The notes under the pieces were generated by a model, which saw only the letters and a list, made by a program, of their open reading frames with translations, was not told where the DNA came from and did no database searches. Below, piece by piece: positions 9,755 to 24,400 of a DNA stretch of 64,000 nt (its first letter is position 1; every line of letters begins with the position of its first letter). The translations under genes and the position numbers were made by a program. Source of the stretch: an uncultured Planctomycetota bacterium (lineage in GTDB: Bacteria; Planctomycetota; Planctomycetia; Isosphaerales; Isosphaeraceae); contig CAWJTV010000024.1 of assembly GCA_963845755.1 (NCBI GenBank), positions 1 to 64,000 of the forward strand. Reading direction: 5' to 3'.

Positions 9755-12647
9755 ATGAATCCACAACCCGAGCCGATGCCGACCGAGCTGTCGCAGAACC
9801 CGCACCCCGACCGGACGACGGTCCCGTCCGTTGAGCCTACCGCCGGCGAGACGAACGACAACGCATCGCTCACAATCGACGCGGCCGACGATGCCCAGGC
9901 GACCACGGTGCGCGAGGATGACGGTCGGAAGGTCGCCACCCCGTCACCGACCGTCACGCTCGGAAGTTGCGACACCTCGTTGTCTCCGCAATCCCTGGGT
10001 TTTGCGGTGAATCGCGACCCCGAGGCGACGGAAGAGGGCGAGTCGGCCGACGTGACCCGGGGGCTCACCACTTCCGAAGCGGCCCCGCGCGGCGGTACGG
10101 TTGACCCGGACCGGACGGTTGACGAGCTTCCGGACGATCGAACCACTCCAAGCACGGACGACGAGTGGATTTACACTCCGAAATCGAGCAAGCCGCGAGG
10201 TGCACCGGCCGGGCCGTACCTACCGGGCTACGAGATTCTCGAGGTGATCGGCCGGGGTGGCATGGGGGTCGTGTACAGGGCAAGGCAGGTCCGCCTCGAT
10301 CGCCCCGTCGCCCTGAAAATGGTGCTGGCCGGCGCCCACGCCTCGCCCGAGCAGCTCGCTCGGTTCTTCACCGAATCGCAGGCGGTCGCCCAGCTCCAGC
10401 ATCCGGGGATCGTCCAGATCCACGAGGTGGGCGAGCACGACGGACTCCCCTATTTCTCGCTCGAGTACGTCAGCGGCGGCAGCCTTGCGAAAAAGCTCGC
10501 CGGCAAGCCGCAGCCGCCTCGCGAGGCCGCCGCCATGGTGCGCGACCTCGCCATCGCCATCGGCGAGGCGCACCGCCACAATATCATCCACCGCGACCTG
10601 AAGCCGGCCAATGTGCTCCTGACCCCGGACGGCCAACCCAAGATCACCGACTTCGGCCTGGCGAAGCGATTGGACTCCGACTCGAAACAGACGCAGAGCG
10701 GAGCCATCATGGGAACGCCAAGCTACATGGCTCCCGAGCAGGCCTGGGGCCATACCCGCCAGATCGGCCCGCTCACCGACCTCTACGCCCTGGGCGCGAT
10801 CCTCTACGAGATGCTCGTCGGCCGCCCGCCGTTCCAGGGAGCCTCGGTCCTCGAGACGCTCGAGCTGGCCCGGACCCAGGAACCGGTCCCCCCGACTCAG
10901 CTCCAGCCGAAGATCCCCGTCGACATCGAGACGATTTGCCTGAAATGCCTTCAGAAGGAGCCGGCCAAGCGGTACCGCGACGCCGCCGCACTGGCCGAGG
11001 ACCTGCAACGGTTCCTCGACGGCCGGCCAGTCCTGGCGCGTCCCGTGGGGTCCACCGAGCGACTGGTCCGATGGAGCCGCCGCAATCCGAAGGTCGCCGG
11101 ACTCACCGCGACGGTCGCCGTTCTCCTGTTCACCGTCACCGTCGTGTCCAGTTACGCCGCCGTCTCGCAGGCCAAGGCACGCCGGCGAGAGAGCGAGGCA
11201 CGCGCGAAGGCCGAGAAGCTTGTCGAGCTCGCCCTCAAGCAGAACTTGAACGCGCTGGAGTCTCAGCGGGAAATCAGCATCTTGATCGTCCAGCGGCTTC
11301 GCAATTTCGCGGGCACGCAGGACCTCCAGGAGGAGCTGATCCAGGCGTCGATGAAAGGTCTGCACGCCATCACGGAAGTCATGGACAAGCTCGCTCCGGT
11401 CGGAGCCAAGGGGAAGGAGGAGACGGCCATCGCCAGGCGGACCCTTGCCGGGATCTACCAGTGCGCGGGGAGACTGAAGGACGATCACGGTCGATACGAC
11501 GAGGCGATCCGGTACTACCGCCAGATGGACGAGCAGGCCGAATCGTTCGCGGCCGACAATCCCGATCAGTTCGACGCCAAAAAGGTCCTGGCCAGCAGCA
11601 AGAGCACGATCGCCGAATTTGAGCTGAATCGGCTCGGCGACTCGGAGGCCGCGCTGAAGCACCACGAGCAGAACTTGAAGCTCCGACGGGAGATCCTGGA
11701 TCTTCAACCCAAGGACGATGAGGCCAAGCGCGGGGTCTGCCGGGCGCTCGGTTACATCGCGCGGATCTGGTTGAAGCTCGGCCAACCAGCCCGGGCGCGA
11801 GACCTCTACAAGGAAGAAGTGGCCCTGCGCAACCAGTTCGGATCCGAGCTGGCCGGGCAGGTCGAGATCCGTCGCGAAGCCGCCGGCCTCCAGGAGATGC
11901 TCGGTGACGCGAATGTCGCGCTGGGCGACAACCGCGCCGGCCGCGACCATCACGACCGCGCACTCGCGCTTCGCGAAGAAATCGCCCAGGACAACCCCAA
12001 TCTCACCCAGGCCCAGCGCGACCTGCTGCTGTCCTACAAGAAGATCGGCAACTTCCGCCTGCTGGAGGGCAAAGACCCGGCCGGGGCCCGGTCCCTCTAC
12101 GAAAAGGCGCTCGCCGAGTTCGACCGCCGGCTCCGGGACGAGCCGGAGAACGTCGTCGCGAAGCAAGACCTGGCCATCACTCACTACTACGTCGCGACGG
12201 CCGCTCTCCGGATGGGCGACCGCAAGGCCGCCTCGGAGCACTACAAGGCGTGCCTGGCGATCCGCGAGGGGCTGGCGGGCGATCCCAAGGCCAAGCTCAA
12301 CATCATCGACCTGATGATTGCCCGCGCGCTGCGGCCAGCATCAGATCGCGTCGAATACCGCGCAGGAGCTGATCACGAAGCCCCCGCTGGATTCGCGGAT
12401 CTACTTCCAGGCGGCCTGCGGCTTCTCCCTCTGCGCCGGGGCCGTGGCCGAAGAACCGGCCTCGCCGGAGACGAAGGCCCTCGTCGGCCGCTACACCGAG
12501 AAGGCTTTCCGGGCGCTGCGGCTGGCCCTCGGCGCCGGCTGGAAGAACGTCGTCGATATCGAGACCGATCCCGATCTGGACGCGATCCGCGGCGCGACTG
12601 GCTTCGAGGCCATCGTTGCCGAGTACCGCAAGGCCTCCGCCCGATGA
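9755..12647 (+). CDS. Hanks-type Ser/Thr protein kinase with TM segment and TPR C-terminus (frameshift near 12325)
   Basis: GRGGMGVVY, VALK, HRDLKPAN, DFGLAK, GTPSYMAPEQ. Hydrophobic segment follows RRNP, then TPR-like helices. The C-terminal ETDPDLDAIR lies in ORF 12318-12647. RBS GGAGG precedes 9755. Confidence 0.9.
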
Positions 12648-12684
12648 GCGGCCGCTCGGCCATGGCGGGAGAACCACGACTTCG

Positions 12685-13557
12685 ATGCGCCTTCTCGTTG
12701 CCATCCCTCACTTCTTCGACCTGACCCGCGAGGTTCATCACGCCCCGGGACACGGGTCGCTCTTGGGAGACCCGGCGCCGAGGATCGAGGCCCTCTCGGC
12801 ATGCGTGTCGGCCTTGCACCAACTCTTCGGCGGTCCGCAGGTTATCATCGACATCGCGCGGCGCGAGGCGAAAGCGGCGAACGACCGGTTGGCGGCGGCA
12901 AAGCTCGACGTGGTCGTCTGCACGACGAGGGGCCAGCACCTCCTCTCACGCCTGCCCCTGGATCGGGACGCCTTGCAACATCATCCGACCGACGCCGAGC
13001 CGCCACTGCTGGGATTCGAATGCCACGCCGCCCTGTATGAGCGGCTCGGGGACTACGATTTCTATGGTTATCTCGAGGACGACCTGATCCTCCACGACCC
13101 CTGGTTCTTCGCCAAGCTTGGCTGGTTTCAAGGCCAGGTGGGACCGGGCGCAGTGCTCTTACCCAACCGCTATGAGGTCGCCCGTGGCGGCGTCGCCTCG
13201 AAGGCGTACATCGACGGCGACCTCCCGCCCACGGTCACCGCGCCGTTCCAGGATATCGCCGAGGCCTCCGAGCTGAAGGGAACCTGCCTCGGCCACGAGC
13301 TGACCTTCCGTCGCCCGTCGAATCCGCACTCCGGCTGCTTCTTCCTGACCCACGGGCAACTCCGCGCGTGGGCCGCGCGTGGCGACTTCCTCGACCGCGA
13401 CACCCGATTCGTAGGCCCACTCGAGAGTGCTGCGACCCTGGGCCTGATGCGCGCCTTCCGGGTCTACAAACCGGCGCTCGAGGTGGCCAGCTTCCTCGAG
13501 ATCGAGCATGCCGGTACCGCCTTCATCGGCAACCTCCGCCACCGTGCCCCAACATGA
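12685..13557 (+). CDS. Conserved hypothetical protein, possibly a GT-A-like glycosyltransferase
   Basis: MRLLVAIPHFF start; YDFYGYLEDDLILHD (beta strand plus EDD); NPHSGCFFL; lies in a GT cluster. Confidence 0.6.
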   Translation: MRLLVAIPHFFDLTREVHHAPGHGSLLGDPAPRIEALSACVSALHQLFGGPQVIIDIARREAKAANDRLAAAKLDVVVCTTRGQHLLSRLPLDRDALQHHPTDAEPPLLGFECHAALYERLGDYDFYGYLEDDLILHDPWFFAKLGWFQGQVGPGAVLLPNRYEVARGGVASKAYIDGDLPPTVTAPFQDIAEASELKGTCLGHELTFRRPSNPHSGCFFLTHGQLRAWAARGDFLDRDTRFVGPLESAATLGLMRAFRVYKPALEVASFLEIEHAGTAFIGNLRHRAPT

Positions 13558-13592
13558 AGATCGCGGGAAGGAGCCGGCTCCGACCGTCCTAA

Positions 13593-14499
13593 GAGCGCTC
13601 GGAAAAAATGAATCCACTGGCACGCTGTCTGCTCTTGAGTCCTTCGGAGAGTGATCTCCCGAACCGAAGGAGGACCACCATGAAACCCCTTGTCTCCGAT
13701 GCGCTGTGGAAGTCGCCTGGAGCCCTTGCTGCCACCCCCGCCTCCGCGCCGCTTCCGCTTCCCGGGACGCAAACCCCTGGACTACCGCAAGATCCTCACC
13801 GGCATCTTGTTCGTGCTCAAGACCGGCATCGCCTGGGACGACTTGCCCGCCGACCTCGGCTGCGGCTGCGGCAAGACCTGCCGGTCCTACCTGCAGGCGT
13901 GGCAGCAGGCCGGTGTCTGGCGCCAGTTGCACGCCGTCTTGCTGGCCGAGCTCAACGGCGCTGACGCGATCGACTGGGAGCGGGCGCTGATCGACGCCTC
14001 CTTCGCCAAGGCCCCGGAAGGGGGCGAGGATACCGGCCCGAATCCGACGGACCGGAGCAAATCCGGCAGCAAGCACCACGTGATGACCGACGCCCAAGGC
14101 GTGCCGCTGGCGGCGACGGTGACCGCCGCCAACGTCCCCGAGATCACCCAGGTCTTCACGACGCTCGACGACATGCCGCCGGTGGGCGGCAAGCCGGGGC
14201 CGAAGCGGCAGAAGCCCGACCGCTTGCAGGGGGATCGGGGCTACGACTCGGAACCGGTGCGGCAGGGTTTGCGCGGCCGGGGGACCACGCCGGTGCTGGC
14301 GGCCCGCAATACGGAGCACGGCAGCGGTTTGGGCAAGTCCCGCTGGTACGTAGAGCGGACCATCGCGTGGCTGCACTCCTTCGGCCGGCTGCGCCGCCGT
14401 TTGGATCGGCTCACCGAGATTCAAGACGCGTTCCTCAAGTTAGCATGTTCCTTGATCTGTTTGAGGCTCCTGGGCCAGTGAACTCATTTTTTCCACCTC
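13593..14499 (+). mobile_element. IS5-family insertion sequence
   Basis: IR core GGAAAAAATGAATCCACTGG vs GGAAAAAATGAGTTCACTGG (18/20). TAA at both flanks (13590-13592 and 14500-14502). Confidence 0.85.
13680..14481 (+). CDS. IS5-family transposase (frameshift near 13710)
   Basis: MKPLVSDALW..LEPLLP..GILFVLKTGIAWDDLP, IDAS, GPNPTDR..GSKHH, GDRGYDS, RWYVERTIAWL. Confidence 0.9.
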
Positions 14500-14939
14500 T
14501 AAGGCGTTTCTGGCCGCTCCGAGGCACGACGACCGTGGCGACGGGGAGCGCGGCCCGGAGACACTCCTACGCCGGAACGTGGGGGCGCGGGTTCCCTACG
14601 CGCCACGATCGACTCTCACGCGAACCCGGGTTCGCGGCTCCCGCCTCCAAAAAACCAGAACGACATCGTAAACCCTTTGCGCCAGATTGGTTGCGACTGG
14701 CCCTATCCGCGGCAGCCGGCATCAGCCCGGGACTCTCTTGCTGGCGATGGCATCATCGGAGGTCGGACAGACATTCTACCAGATAGGAGCGTAGGTATGA
14801 CTTCCAGAATGGGAATCTTCCTTCTCATATAAACCCGGAGTCACCCGTTGCGAGTCAAACCCGCAAGAAAAAAACCATCTCCCTGTCCATAAACGGACCC
14901 GTGCGCAGTCTACCTAATAGGCGTTTTGGGGTTAGGGGT

Positions 14940-15000
14940 ATGCGCCAGGTAAATGAATATAAAATATAGATATTATGATTTATCAAATAAATCGAATCTG
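14940..15000 (+). promoter_or_regulatory. AT-rich putative promoter/operator region upstream of the giant protein gene
   Basis: Strongly AT-rich patch in GC-rich DNA containing the palindrome GATTTAT-CAA-ATAAATC (14977-14993). Confidence 0.4.
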
Positions 15001-15496
15001 TGTCCATGTTTCTCGAAATGACCTGGATTCGAGAAGAGTTATGTTAGGCAAAACGCGCTCAAGGAACAGGAAATACAACGCAAAGGAGAACCGGTCTCGA
15101 CGTTTTCTGAAAGCAACTTCTCCGAGAATCATTGTCAACGCGGACTCATACGTCTTGTTGCGAACGAATTCTGGAATTAGAGTGGCCCATCGGGCATCGC
15201 GAGAAGGATCCTGCCTGGGTCGCCGCCCGGACTCGTCACCGTCGAAGTTCGTTGACGGTGCTAGACTGATGTTCTCACACCGGACAGGCGAGTGCCGACG
15301 ACGTTGCGCCTGCGTGATGCGATCGCGTTTAATTAATCAAGACGTGTTCGCTTGTATGATCCAGGAGTGAGGCCGCTCTGACGCTTCCGTCCAGGTTTCG
15401 AGACGGCTTCGCGGATAGCTTCTGAGAGGGGACAGCTCAAGGAAAGCGAGCCGTCGCGAATTCTGTGAACGTGCGCAGGGAGAGCGCTCTACCTCG

Positions 15497-18400
15497 ATGC
15501 CGAAGAGATTCACCATGTCGATCTTCGATGAGTCGGGCTTCCGCGAACGCCATCAGGGCTGGCACCTCAGGGAAATGGGCCGCCGCAGGCGGGGCAGAGG
15601 CCGGCCGAGGCGCCCGCCCTTCCGGCCGGGATTCCTTGATCTTGAGCAGCGGTGGTTGATGGCGACGTTCGTCGTCACCAACACGTTCGATTCGGGCATC
15701 GGCTCGCTCCGGGGTGAGATTGGCCAATCCAACGGCTCAGGCCCGGGCCCAAACACGATCGACTTTGACATCCCCACTACGGACCCGGGATACAACGCGG
15801 GCACCGGGGTCTGGACGATCGCGGTTCAGTCGGCGTTGCCGGGCATCGCCGTGCCGGTCACGATCGACGGCACGAGCCAGACGGGATTCTCCAGCACTCC
15901 CGTGATCGATCTCGATGGCACGAGCGCGGGTACCGGAGTCAACGGGCTGGCGCTCGCGGCGGGGTCCAGTGGCAGCCAGATCGTCGGATTGACGATCGAG
16001 AACTTCAATAACGCCGGGATCGACGTCGCGTCCGGCAGCAATACCATCGGCGGTACGGCCGCTGGCGTTAATAACTTGATCAGCGCCAACACGGGCTTCG
16101 GCGTGATGATCGAGACCGCCGCCGCGACCGGTAACCTGGTCGAGGACAACGAAATCGGTACCAACCTCGCCGGCACGTCGGCCCTCGCCGACGGCGTGGG
16201 CGTCGAGATCGAGACGGGGGCGACCGGCAACACGATCGGCGGCACGACCTCATCGGCGCGAAATGTGATTTCGGGAAATACCTTCGCTGGCGTGGAGATC
16301 GATTCCAGTGCGAACGTGGTCGAGGGCGACTACATCGGCACCGACATCACCGGTGCTGTGGCGCTGGGCAACTACGAGGGGATCGACCTCACGGCCTCGG
16401 GCAACACGATCGGCGGCCTGTCAACGACACCCGGCACCGGTGCCGGCAACGTGATCGCGGGCAATGCCGGGGCTGGGGTGACGATCACCGGCACCAGCGC
16501 GACCGGCAACCTGTTGATTGGCAACCTCATCGGCACCAACGCCGCGGGCACCGGCGCCCTGGGAAACGAGCAAGTCGGGGTCGGGGCCGATGCTCCGGAC
16601 AACACGATCGGCGGCACGACCGCCGGCGCCGGCAACGTGATCGCGGGCAACCGGTTCGTAGGTGTCGTGATCGGAAGCGACACCGGCGTGACCGGCGTCC
16701 TGGTGGCCGGCAACGACATCGGCACCGATATCACGGGGACCGTCGCGATCGCCAACGGCCTGGGCGTGGGCGTCTACTCGCCTGGCAACACGATCGGCGG
16801 TTCCGTGGCCGGCGCGGGCAACGTCATCTCCGGCAACACCGGCGACGGCGTCGAGATAGCCACCGAGGCCACTCCAACGTCCGACAACCTCGTGGCCGGC
16901 AATCTGATCGGCATCACCGCTGCTGGAACCGCCGCCCTGCCCAATGGCACCAATGGCGTCGAGATCGACAATAGCGCCACGGACAACACGATTGGAGGCA
17001 CGACCTCGCTGGCGCGAAACGTGATTTCGGGAAACACCGGTTATGGTGTGGAGATCGATATCAGTGCGACCGGCAATGTTGTCGAGGGCGACTACATCGG
17101 CACCGACGTGACCGGCGACGTCGCGCTGGCCAATCCGATCGGCGTCTACATCCACTCGTCGGACAACACGATCGGCGGCACAGCGGCCGGAGCGGGCAAC
17201 GTCATTGCCGGCAACGCGGACGCCGTCCCCGTTTACGACCGTGCCCAGGTCCTGATCAGGAATAACGGCAGCACCGACAACGTCGTCGAAGGGAACCTCA
17301 TCGGCCTGGGGGCCAACGGCCTGGCGTTTTCCGGACCCGTCAACGTCGGCGTATGGCTCGACACCGGTGCCACGGGCAACACCATCGGCGGCACCACGGC
17401 TGCTGCGCGGAACGTGATCTCGGGAAACCTCGGTGGCGTTCAACTGAATGGCGACTCGGACGACGCCGTCGAAGGCAACTATATCGGCACCAACATCGCC
17501 GGTACTGCCGGGATTGGCAATGGGACTCCTGGTAGTGGTGTCACGGACGAGAATGGCACCGATGACACGATCGGCGGCAGCGTCGCCGGGGCCGGCAATG
17601 TCATCTCCGGCAATGCGGGGAATGGCGTTTACATTCTCGACTCGGGTGCGGCCGACAACCTCATCGAAGGCAACTTCATCGGCACGGACTATACGGGCAC
17701 CGTCAGGATCTCGAACTCCAATGATATCTTTTTCGATGATACAGGCGGGGGCAACACGATCGGCGGCGCGACCTCCGTGCCCGGCACGGGCACGGGCAAC
17801 ATCATCGCATACAGCGGGCACTCCGGCATCGCGATCGGCAACGATGCCGCCGGCGACTTGATCCTGGGCAACGCCATCATCGACAACGCGACCAACCCGA
17901 GCATCCCCGAAACGGGTGTGTCCCTCTCGGGCGACATCGACGCACAGGTCGGCGGCACGGGCGCCGGGGACGGGAACCTCATCTCGGGCAACAATGGCGA
18001 CGGAATCGGAGTCGCGGACAGTACGAACACCCTCATCCAGGGGAACCTGATCGGCACCAATGCCGCCGGCACCGCCGCATTTGCCAACAGCTACGATGGC
18101 GTGTTGATCGAGACGGGTTCCACGGGTACGACCGTTGGCGGGACGGCTGCGGGGGCCGGCAATGTGATTTCCGGCAACACCGAATACGGCGTCGAGATCA
18201 ACGGCACGGGGACGTCCAGCAACCTCGTGGCCGGCAATCTGATCGGCACCAACGCCGCAGGCACCGCCGCGATCCCCGATGACTTCGGCGTGGTGATCGA
18301 CTCCGGCGCCTCGGGCAACACGATCGGCGGCAGCACGCTTTCGGGCGCCGGCAACGTCCTCTCGGGGAACACCCTGGATGGCATCTATCTCGAAGGGAGC

Positions 18401-21400
18401 GCCGCGGGCGACAATCTGCTGGCCGGGAACGTGATTGGCACCAATGCCGCCGGGACCGCCGCGCTGGCCAACAAGAACGATGGCATCATCATCGAATCAA
18501 CCGGAAACACGATCGGCGGTACCTCCGCCGGGTACGGCAATCTCATCTCGGGAAACACCGGCTATGGGCTGGTCTTCAGCCTCGCAACGGCGAGCGGCAA
18601 TCTGGTCGAGGGAAACCTGGTTGGCACGGACGCCGCCGGCACCGGTTCGCTGGGCAACGGGATTGGCGTCGGGATCGTGTCGGCCAGCAATACGATCGGG
18701 GGCACGGCCACCGGCGCGGGCAACGTGATCTCGGGCAATCCCAACGATGGCATCCTCATCGAGAGCAGCGCCGCCACGGGCAACCTGGTGGAGGGCAACT
18801 TCATCGGCACCAACACCGTCGGCGGCGCCGCCATCGCCAACGGTGACGGCGTGATGATCGAGTCGGGCGCGTCGAATAACTCCATCGGCGGCCTCACGGC
18901 CACGCCCGGCACCGGCGCGGGCAACCTCATCTCGGGCGACACCGGCGACGGCGTCGAGATCACCGACTCCGGCTCGACCGGGAACGTGATCGCGGGCAAT
19001 CTGATCGGTACCGACGTCACCGGCACCGTCGCCGTCGCCAACGCGGCCGACGGCGTGGAGATCGCCAACGACGCCTCCGGGAACACGGTCGGCGGTACGT
19101 CGGCGCCGGCCCGGAACGTCATCTCGGGGAGTGACTTCGCCGGCGTCGAGATCGATTCCCTCGCGTCCGATAACGTCGTCGAAGGGGACTACATCGGCAC
19201 CGACGTGACCGGAGACGCCGCGTTGGGCAACCCGGTCGGGGTCTTGATCAGCTCGACCGGCAACACGGTCGGCGGGACCGCGTCGGGCGCGGGCAACGTG
19301 ATTGTCGGCAACGACGGCACCACAAACGCCTACGACGGTTACCAGGTCGCGATCAGCGCTCTCCTCAGCGCCGATCAGCCCACTCAGAACGTCATCGAAG
19401 GGAACCTGATCGGACTGGACGCCTCGGGCCAGGCGACCGCCGGCGCCACCAACGGGGGTGTGTTACTCGGCAGCGACGACGGCAGTCCTACAGACAACAC
19501 CGTCGGCGGGAGTACGCCCGCGGCCCGGAACGTGATTTCTGGGAACCTGGGCAACGGTGTCGAGATGGAAGGCGTCGGCGACGTAGTCGAGGGGAATTAT
19601 ATCGGGACCGATACGACCGGCACGATCGCGATCGGCAACGGTTTTGCAGGCGACGGCATCAACATCATCAATGGCTCCCACAACACGGTCGGGGGCAGAG
19701 CGGCCGGCACCGGGAACGTCATCGGCGGCAATCAGGGTCCGGGGATTTTGGCGAATGGTTCGAATGCGGCCTACAACCTCATCGAAGGGAACTTCGTCGG
19801 CACGGACGCGACCGGCACCATCAATTTGTCGAATGAGTTTGGGATCGAACTCAACCGGTCTGGGTTCGCGAATACGATCGGCGGCGCGACGGCCGCGCCG
19901 GGCACCGGCGCGGGCAATCTGATCGAATTCAACACCGGGTTCGGCATCGACATCGAGTTGGCCAGCGGCGCCGACGTAATCCTGGGCAACGCCATCACGG
20001 GCAACGGAGACGGGCCCAGCCTCGACCCGGGCATAAGACTTATCCTCAATACGGAAGCCATCTACATCGGCGAATCGAGCGCCGAAGATCGGAACGTGAT
20101 TTCGGGCAACTATGGCGGCGGTATCGCTCTTATTTCCAATAACGGTGCGGATGTCGAAGGGAACTACATCGGCACAAACGCCGCTGGTACGGCCGCCTTC
20201 GCCAATGCCGGGGACGGCGTAACTATCTCTGATGGGGCGGACAATACCATCGGCGGGGTCGGTAACGGCGCCGGCAACGTGATCTCGGGCAACACGGAGG
20301 ATGGCGTCGAGATCAGCGGCGTCGGCTCCGGCATTGCCGGCAACCTGGTGGTCGGTAATCTCATCGGCACCAACGCCACCGGGTCCGCCGCCATCGCCAA
20401 CGGCAAGGAAGGCGTCGAGATCGACAGCGGCGCCACGGACAACACGATCGGCGGCCTGACGGCGATGCCCGGCACCGGTGCCGGGAACCTCATCTCGGGC
20501 AACACGGGCGACGGCGTTGAGATTGACGGCTCCGGCATGATTGGCAACGTGGTCGCTGGGAACCTGATCGGCACCGACGTCACCGGAACCGTGGCGCTGG
20601 CCAATGGCGGCGACGGCGTGTTGATCAGCGGGGCTCCCTCGAACACGATCGGTGGGGCCACGGCCAGCAGCCGGAACGTCATCTCGGGAAACACTGGCGA
20701 CGGCGTCGAGATTGACGGCACCGGAACGACCGACAATGTGGTCGCGGGGAACCTGATCGGCACCGACGTCACCGGAACCGTCGCGCTGCCCAACCTCATC
20801 GCCGGCGTGGAGATCGACGCCGATGCCTCGGGCAACACGATCGGCGGCTCGGCCTCCTCGCCGACATCTTATGTCAATCTGATCTCGGGCAATGCCTTCG
20901 CGGGCGTCCTGATCGAGGGCTCGGGCACAGAGAACAACGTCGTCGCCGGCGACTGGATCGGGACCACCAGCAGCGGGGATTCCTCGTTGCCCGATGGGAC
21001 ATCGACGAGGAACTACAGCGCCTATGGGGCCGTCATCGGCGGCGGGGTCGTCATCGAAGGGGGCGTTCGGGCGACCGGATCGGCACGGATGGCGCCGCCG
21101 GCGACTCGGGCGAGCGGAACATCATCTCGGGCAACGACAATGATGGCGTTGACCTCTTCGGCACGGGGTCGAACGTGGTCGCGGGCAATTGGATCGGCCT
21201 CGGCCAGGATGGCGCCGGCTTGGGCAATGCCGGAGACGGGGTCCTTATCGTCGCGGGCCCCGCCGGCAACACGATCGGCGGCACGACCGTCGGCAGCGGT
21301 AACGTGATCTCGGGCAACGCGGATGGCGTCCAACTGATCGACGGCGCGGCCGGCAATCTGCTGGAGGGGAACCGGATGGGCACGGATGCCGCCGGGACCG

Positions 21401-24400
21401 CCGCAATCCCCAATCAAGATGCCGTGCTGGTCGGAGCGTCGGACAATACGATCGGCGGCACCGCGTCCGGGGCGGGGAACCTCCTCTCGGGGAACAACTT
21501 CGAGGGGATCTATATCTTCGCAGGAGTCGAATCGATCCTGATCCAGGGCAATTACATCGGTATCAATGTCACCGGGACCGCCGCGCTCGCCGACGGCCAG
21601 GAGGGGATCGATGATCACGGCCTGAACAACACGATCGGCGGGACGGCCATCGGGGCGGGGAACGTCATCTCGGGGAACGCGGACGAGGGAATCTACCAGG
21701 CCCCCGGCAGCGCCACGACGCTGATCCAGGGCAACCTCATCGGCACCAACGCCGCGGGGACCATCGCCATCCCCAACGGCGATCAGGGGATCTCTGAGTT
21801 CTCGGACTCAGATACGATCGGCGGGACGGCGGCGGGGGCGCGCAACGTCATCTCGGGCAATACGAATGATGGCATCCATCTCGACCCGGGCAGCCAGTCG
21901 GTCCTGGTCCAGGGCAACTACATCGGCACGAATGCCGCCGGGACCGCCGCCCTGGGCAACGGCATCGATGGGATCCTTGTCAACTCGTCCTCCGATACCA
22001 TCGGGGGCACCACGGCCGGCGCCGGCAACCTCATCTCGGGCAACACCGAAAACGGTGTCGAGATCGGCGGCGTGGGGACATCCGGCAATGAGGTCGCCGG
22101 CAACTTCATCGGCACCAATCCCGCCGGGACCGCCGCGATCGCCAACGGGGCCAACGGCGTCCAGATCGACACCGGCGCCTCGGGCAACACGATCGGCGGC
22201 CTGACGACCCCGGGGACCGGCGCCGGCAACCTGATCTCCGGCAACACCGACATCGGTGTCGAGATCACCGGCTCCGGCGAGACCGGCAACCTGGTCGCAG
22301 GCAACTTCATCGGCACCGACGTCACCGGCACGGCCGCGCTGGGTAACGGCGCCGACGGCGTGGAGATCGACACCAGTGCCTCGGGCAACATCATCGGCGG
22401 CACCACGGCCGCCGCCCGCAACATCATCTCCGCCAACCTCGAATCCGGCGTGGGTATCAACGACGCGAACGACAACCTCGTCGAGGGGGACTTCATCGGA
22501 ACCGACGTGACCGGGATGGTCGCGCTGGGCAACAACTCCCCGGCGGCCGAATTCGCCGGTGGTGTCTTACTCAATGATGGCGCCTCGGGCAACACCATCG
22601 GCGGACTCACCGCGACCCCGGGCACCGGCGCGGGGAACCTGATCTCGGGAAACACCTACAACGGCGTGTCGATGGATTCTGCCGGGCCGAACAATCTGGT
22701 CGCCGGCAACCTGATCGGCACCAATGTCACGGGGTCGGTTGCTCTCGGAAACGACAACGCTTACGGGAGCCTTGGCGGCGCGTTTGGCGTCGCCGTCGAC
22801 TACTCGCCCGACAACATCGTGGGTGAGCCGGGCGGCGGCAACGTGATCGCCGGCAACGGCCTCGGTGTGGTCAACGGCGCCAACGTCAGCCTGCTTGAAT
22901 CGAACGGGAGCGTGGTCCAGAGCAACATCATCGGCACCGACATCACAGGGACCGTCGCCCTCTCCACCAGCACCTACTACGGCGTCTACCTCGAGTTCGG
23001 GTCGTACACTGTCGGTGGACTCACACCCACACCGGGCACGGGATTGGGTAACGTCATCTCGGGCAATGGCGTCGCTGGCATTTTCGTTATCAACGATACG
23101 GTGGGTTCCACGACCGTCATCGAAGGCAACATCATCGGTGCCGATCCCACCGGCGAGCAGGCCGTGCCGAATGTCAATGCAGGCATCTACCTCAGCCAGG
23201 TCAGCCTGGTCACGATCGGTGGCACGGCGGCAGGCGCCGGGAACCTGATCTCGGGAAACAATTTTGAAAATGTCTACTCGTATGACGCCTCGAATAATGT
23301 GGTCGAGGGCAACCTGATCGGCACCGACATCACCGGCGAGAGCCGCCTGACGGGGTCGGGTCTTCTAAACGCACGCGGTGTGGTCCTCGCAGTCGGATCG
23401 ACCGATAACACGATCGGCGGCACGACGGCCGCGGAGCGAAATATTATCTCCGGCAACGCCAGTAATGGTATCTACATTGGTCCCGATCAAGCCCCGGGCT
23501 CGCCGACGGAATCCGGCAATGTTGTCGAGGGCAACTACATCGGCACCGACATCACGGGCACATCCGCGCTCGGCAACAGCAACAACGGCGTGTTCATCGA
23601 CAACGGCGCCTCGGGCAACACGATCGGCGGCACCGCCTCCGGCGCCGGGAACGTGATCGCGGCAAACGCCTCGGCTGGCGTCTCGATCAGCGGCTCGACG
23701 GCGACGGGCAACCTGGTCGCGGGCAATTTCATCGGCACCGATAAGACGGGCACGGCCGCGCTGGGCAACGGCGGCGACGGCGTATCGATCGACACGAGTG
23801 CCTCGGGGAACATCATCGGCGGCACCACGGCCGCCGCCCGCAACATCATCTCCGCCAACGTCCTGGCCGGCGTGCAGATCGTCGGCGCGAACGACAACCT
23901 CGTCGAGGGCGACTACATCGGAACCGATATGACCGGGACGGTCGCACTGGGCAACGCCTCGGCAGCCGGATTCTACACCTACGGTGGTGTGTTCCTCAAC
24001 ACGGGCGCGGCCGGCAACACCATCGGCGGACTCACCGCGACCCCGGGCACCGGCGCGGGGAACCTGATCTCGGGCAACTTCTTGGCGGGCGTGACGATGA
24101 ATCATGCGGGGCCGAACAACCTGGTGGCCGGCAACCTGATCGGCACCAATGTCACGGGTTCCGTTGCTCTCGGAAACACCAGTCGTTCGTACAACTTCGG
24201 TGGGTTTGGCGTCGCGGTCTACTACTCGCCTGACACCATCGTGGGTGAGCTGGGCGGGCGCAACGTGATCGCCGGCAACGGCCTCGGCATCGTCAACAGC
24301 GCTAACGTTGCACTGCAGCAGTCGAGCGGGACGGTGATCCAGAGCAACTTCATCGGCACCGACATCACCGGGACGATCGCGCTATCCACCACGACCTACT

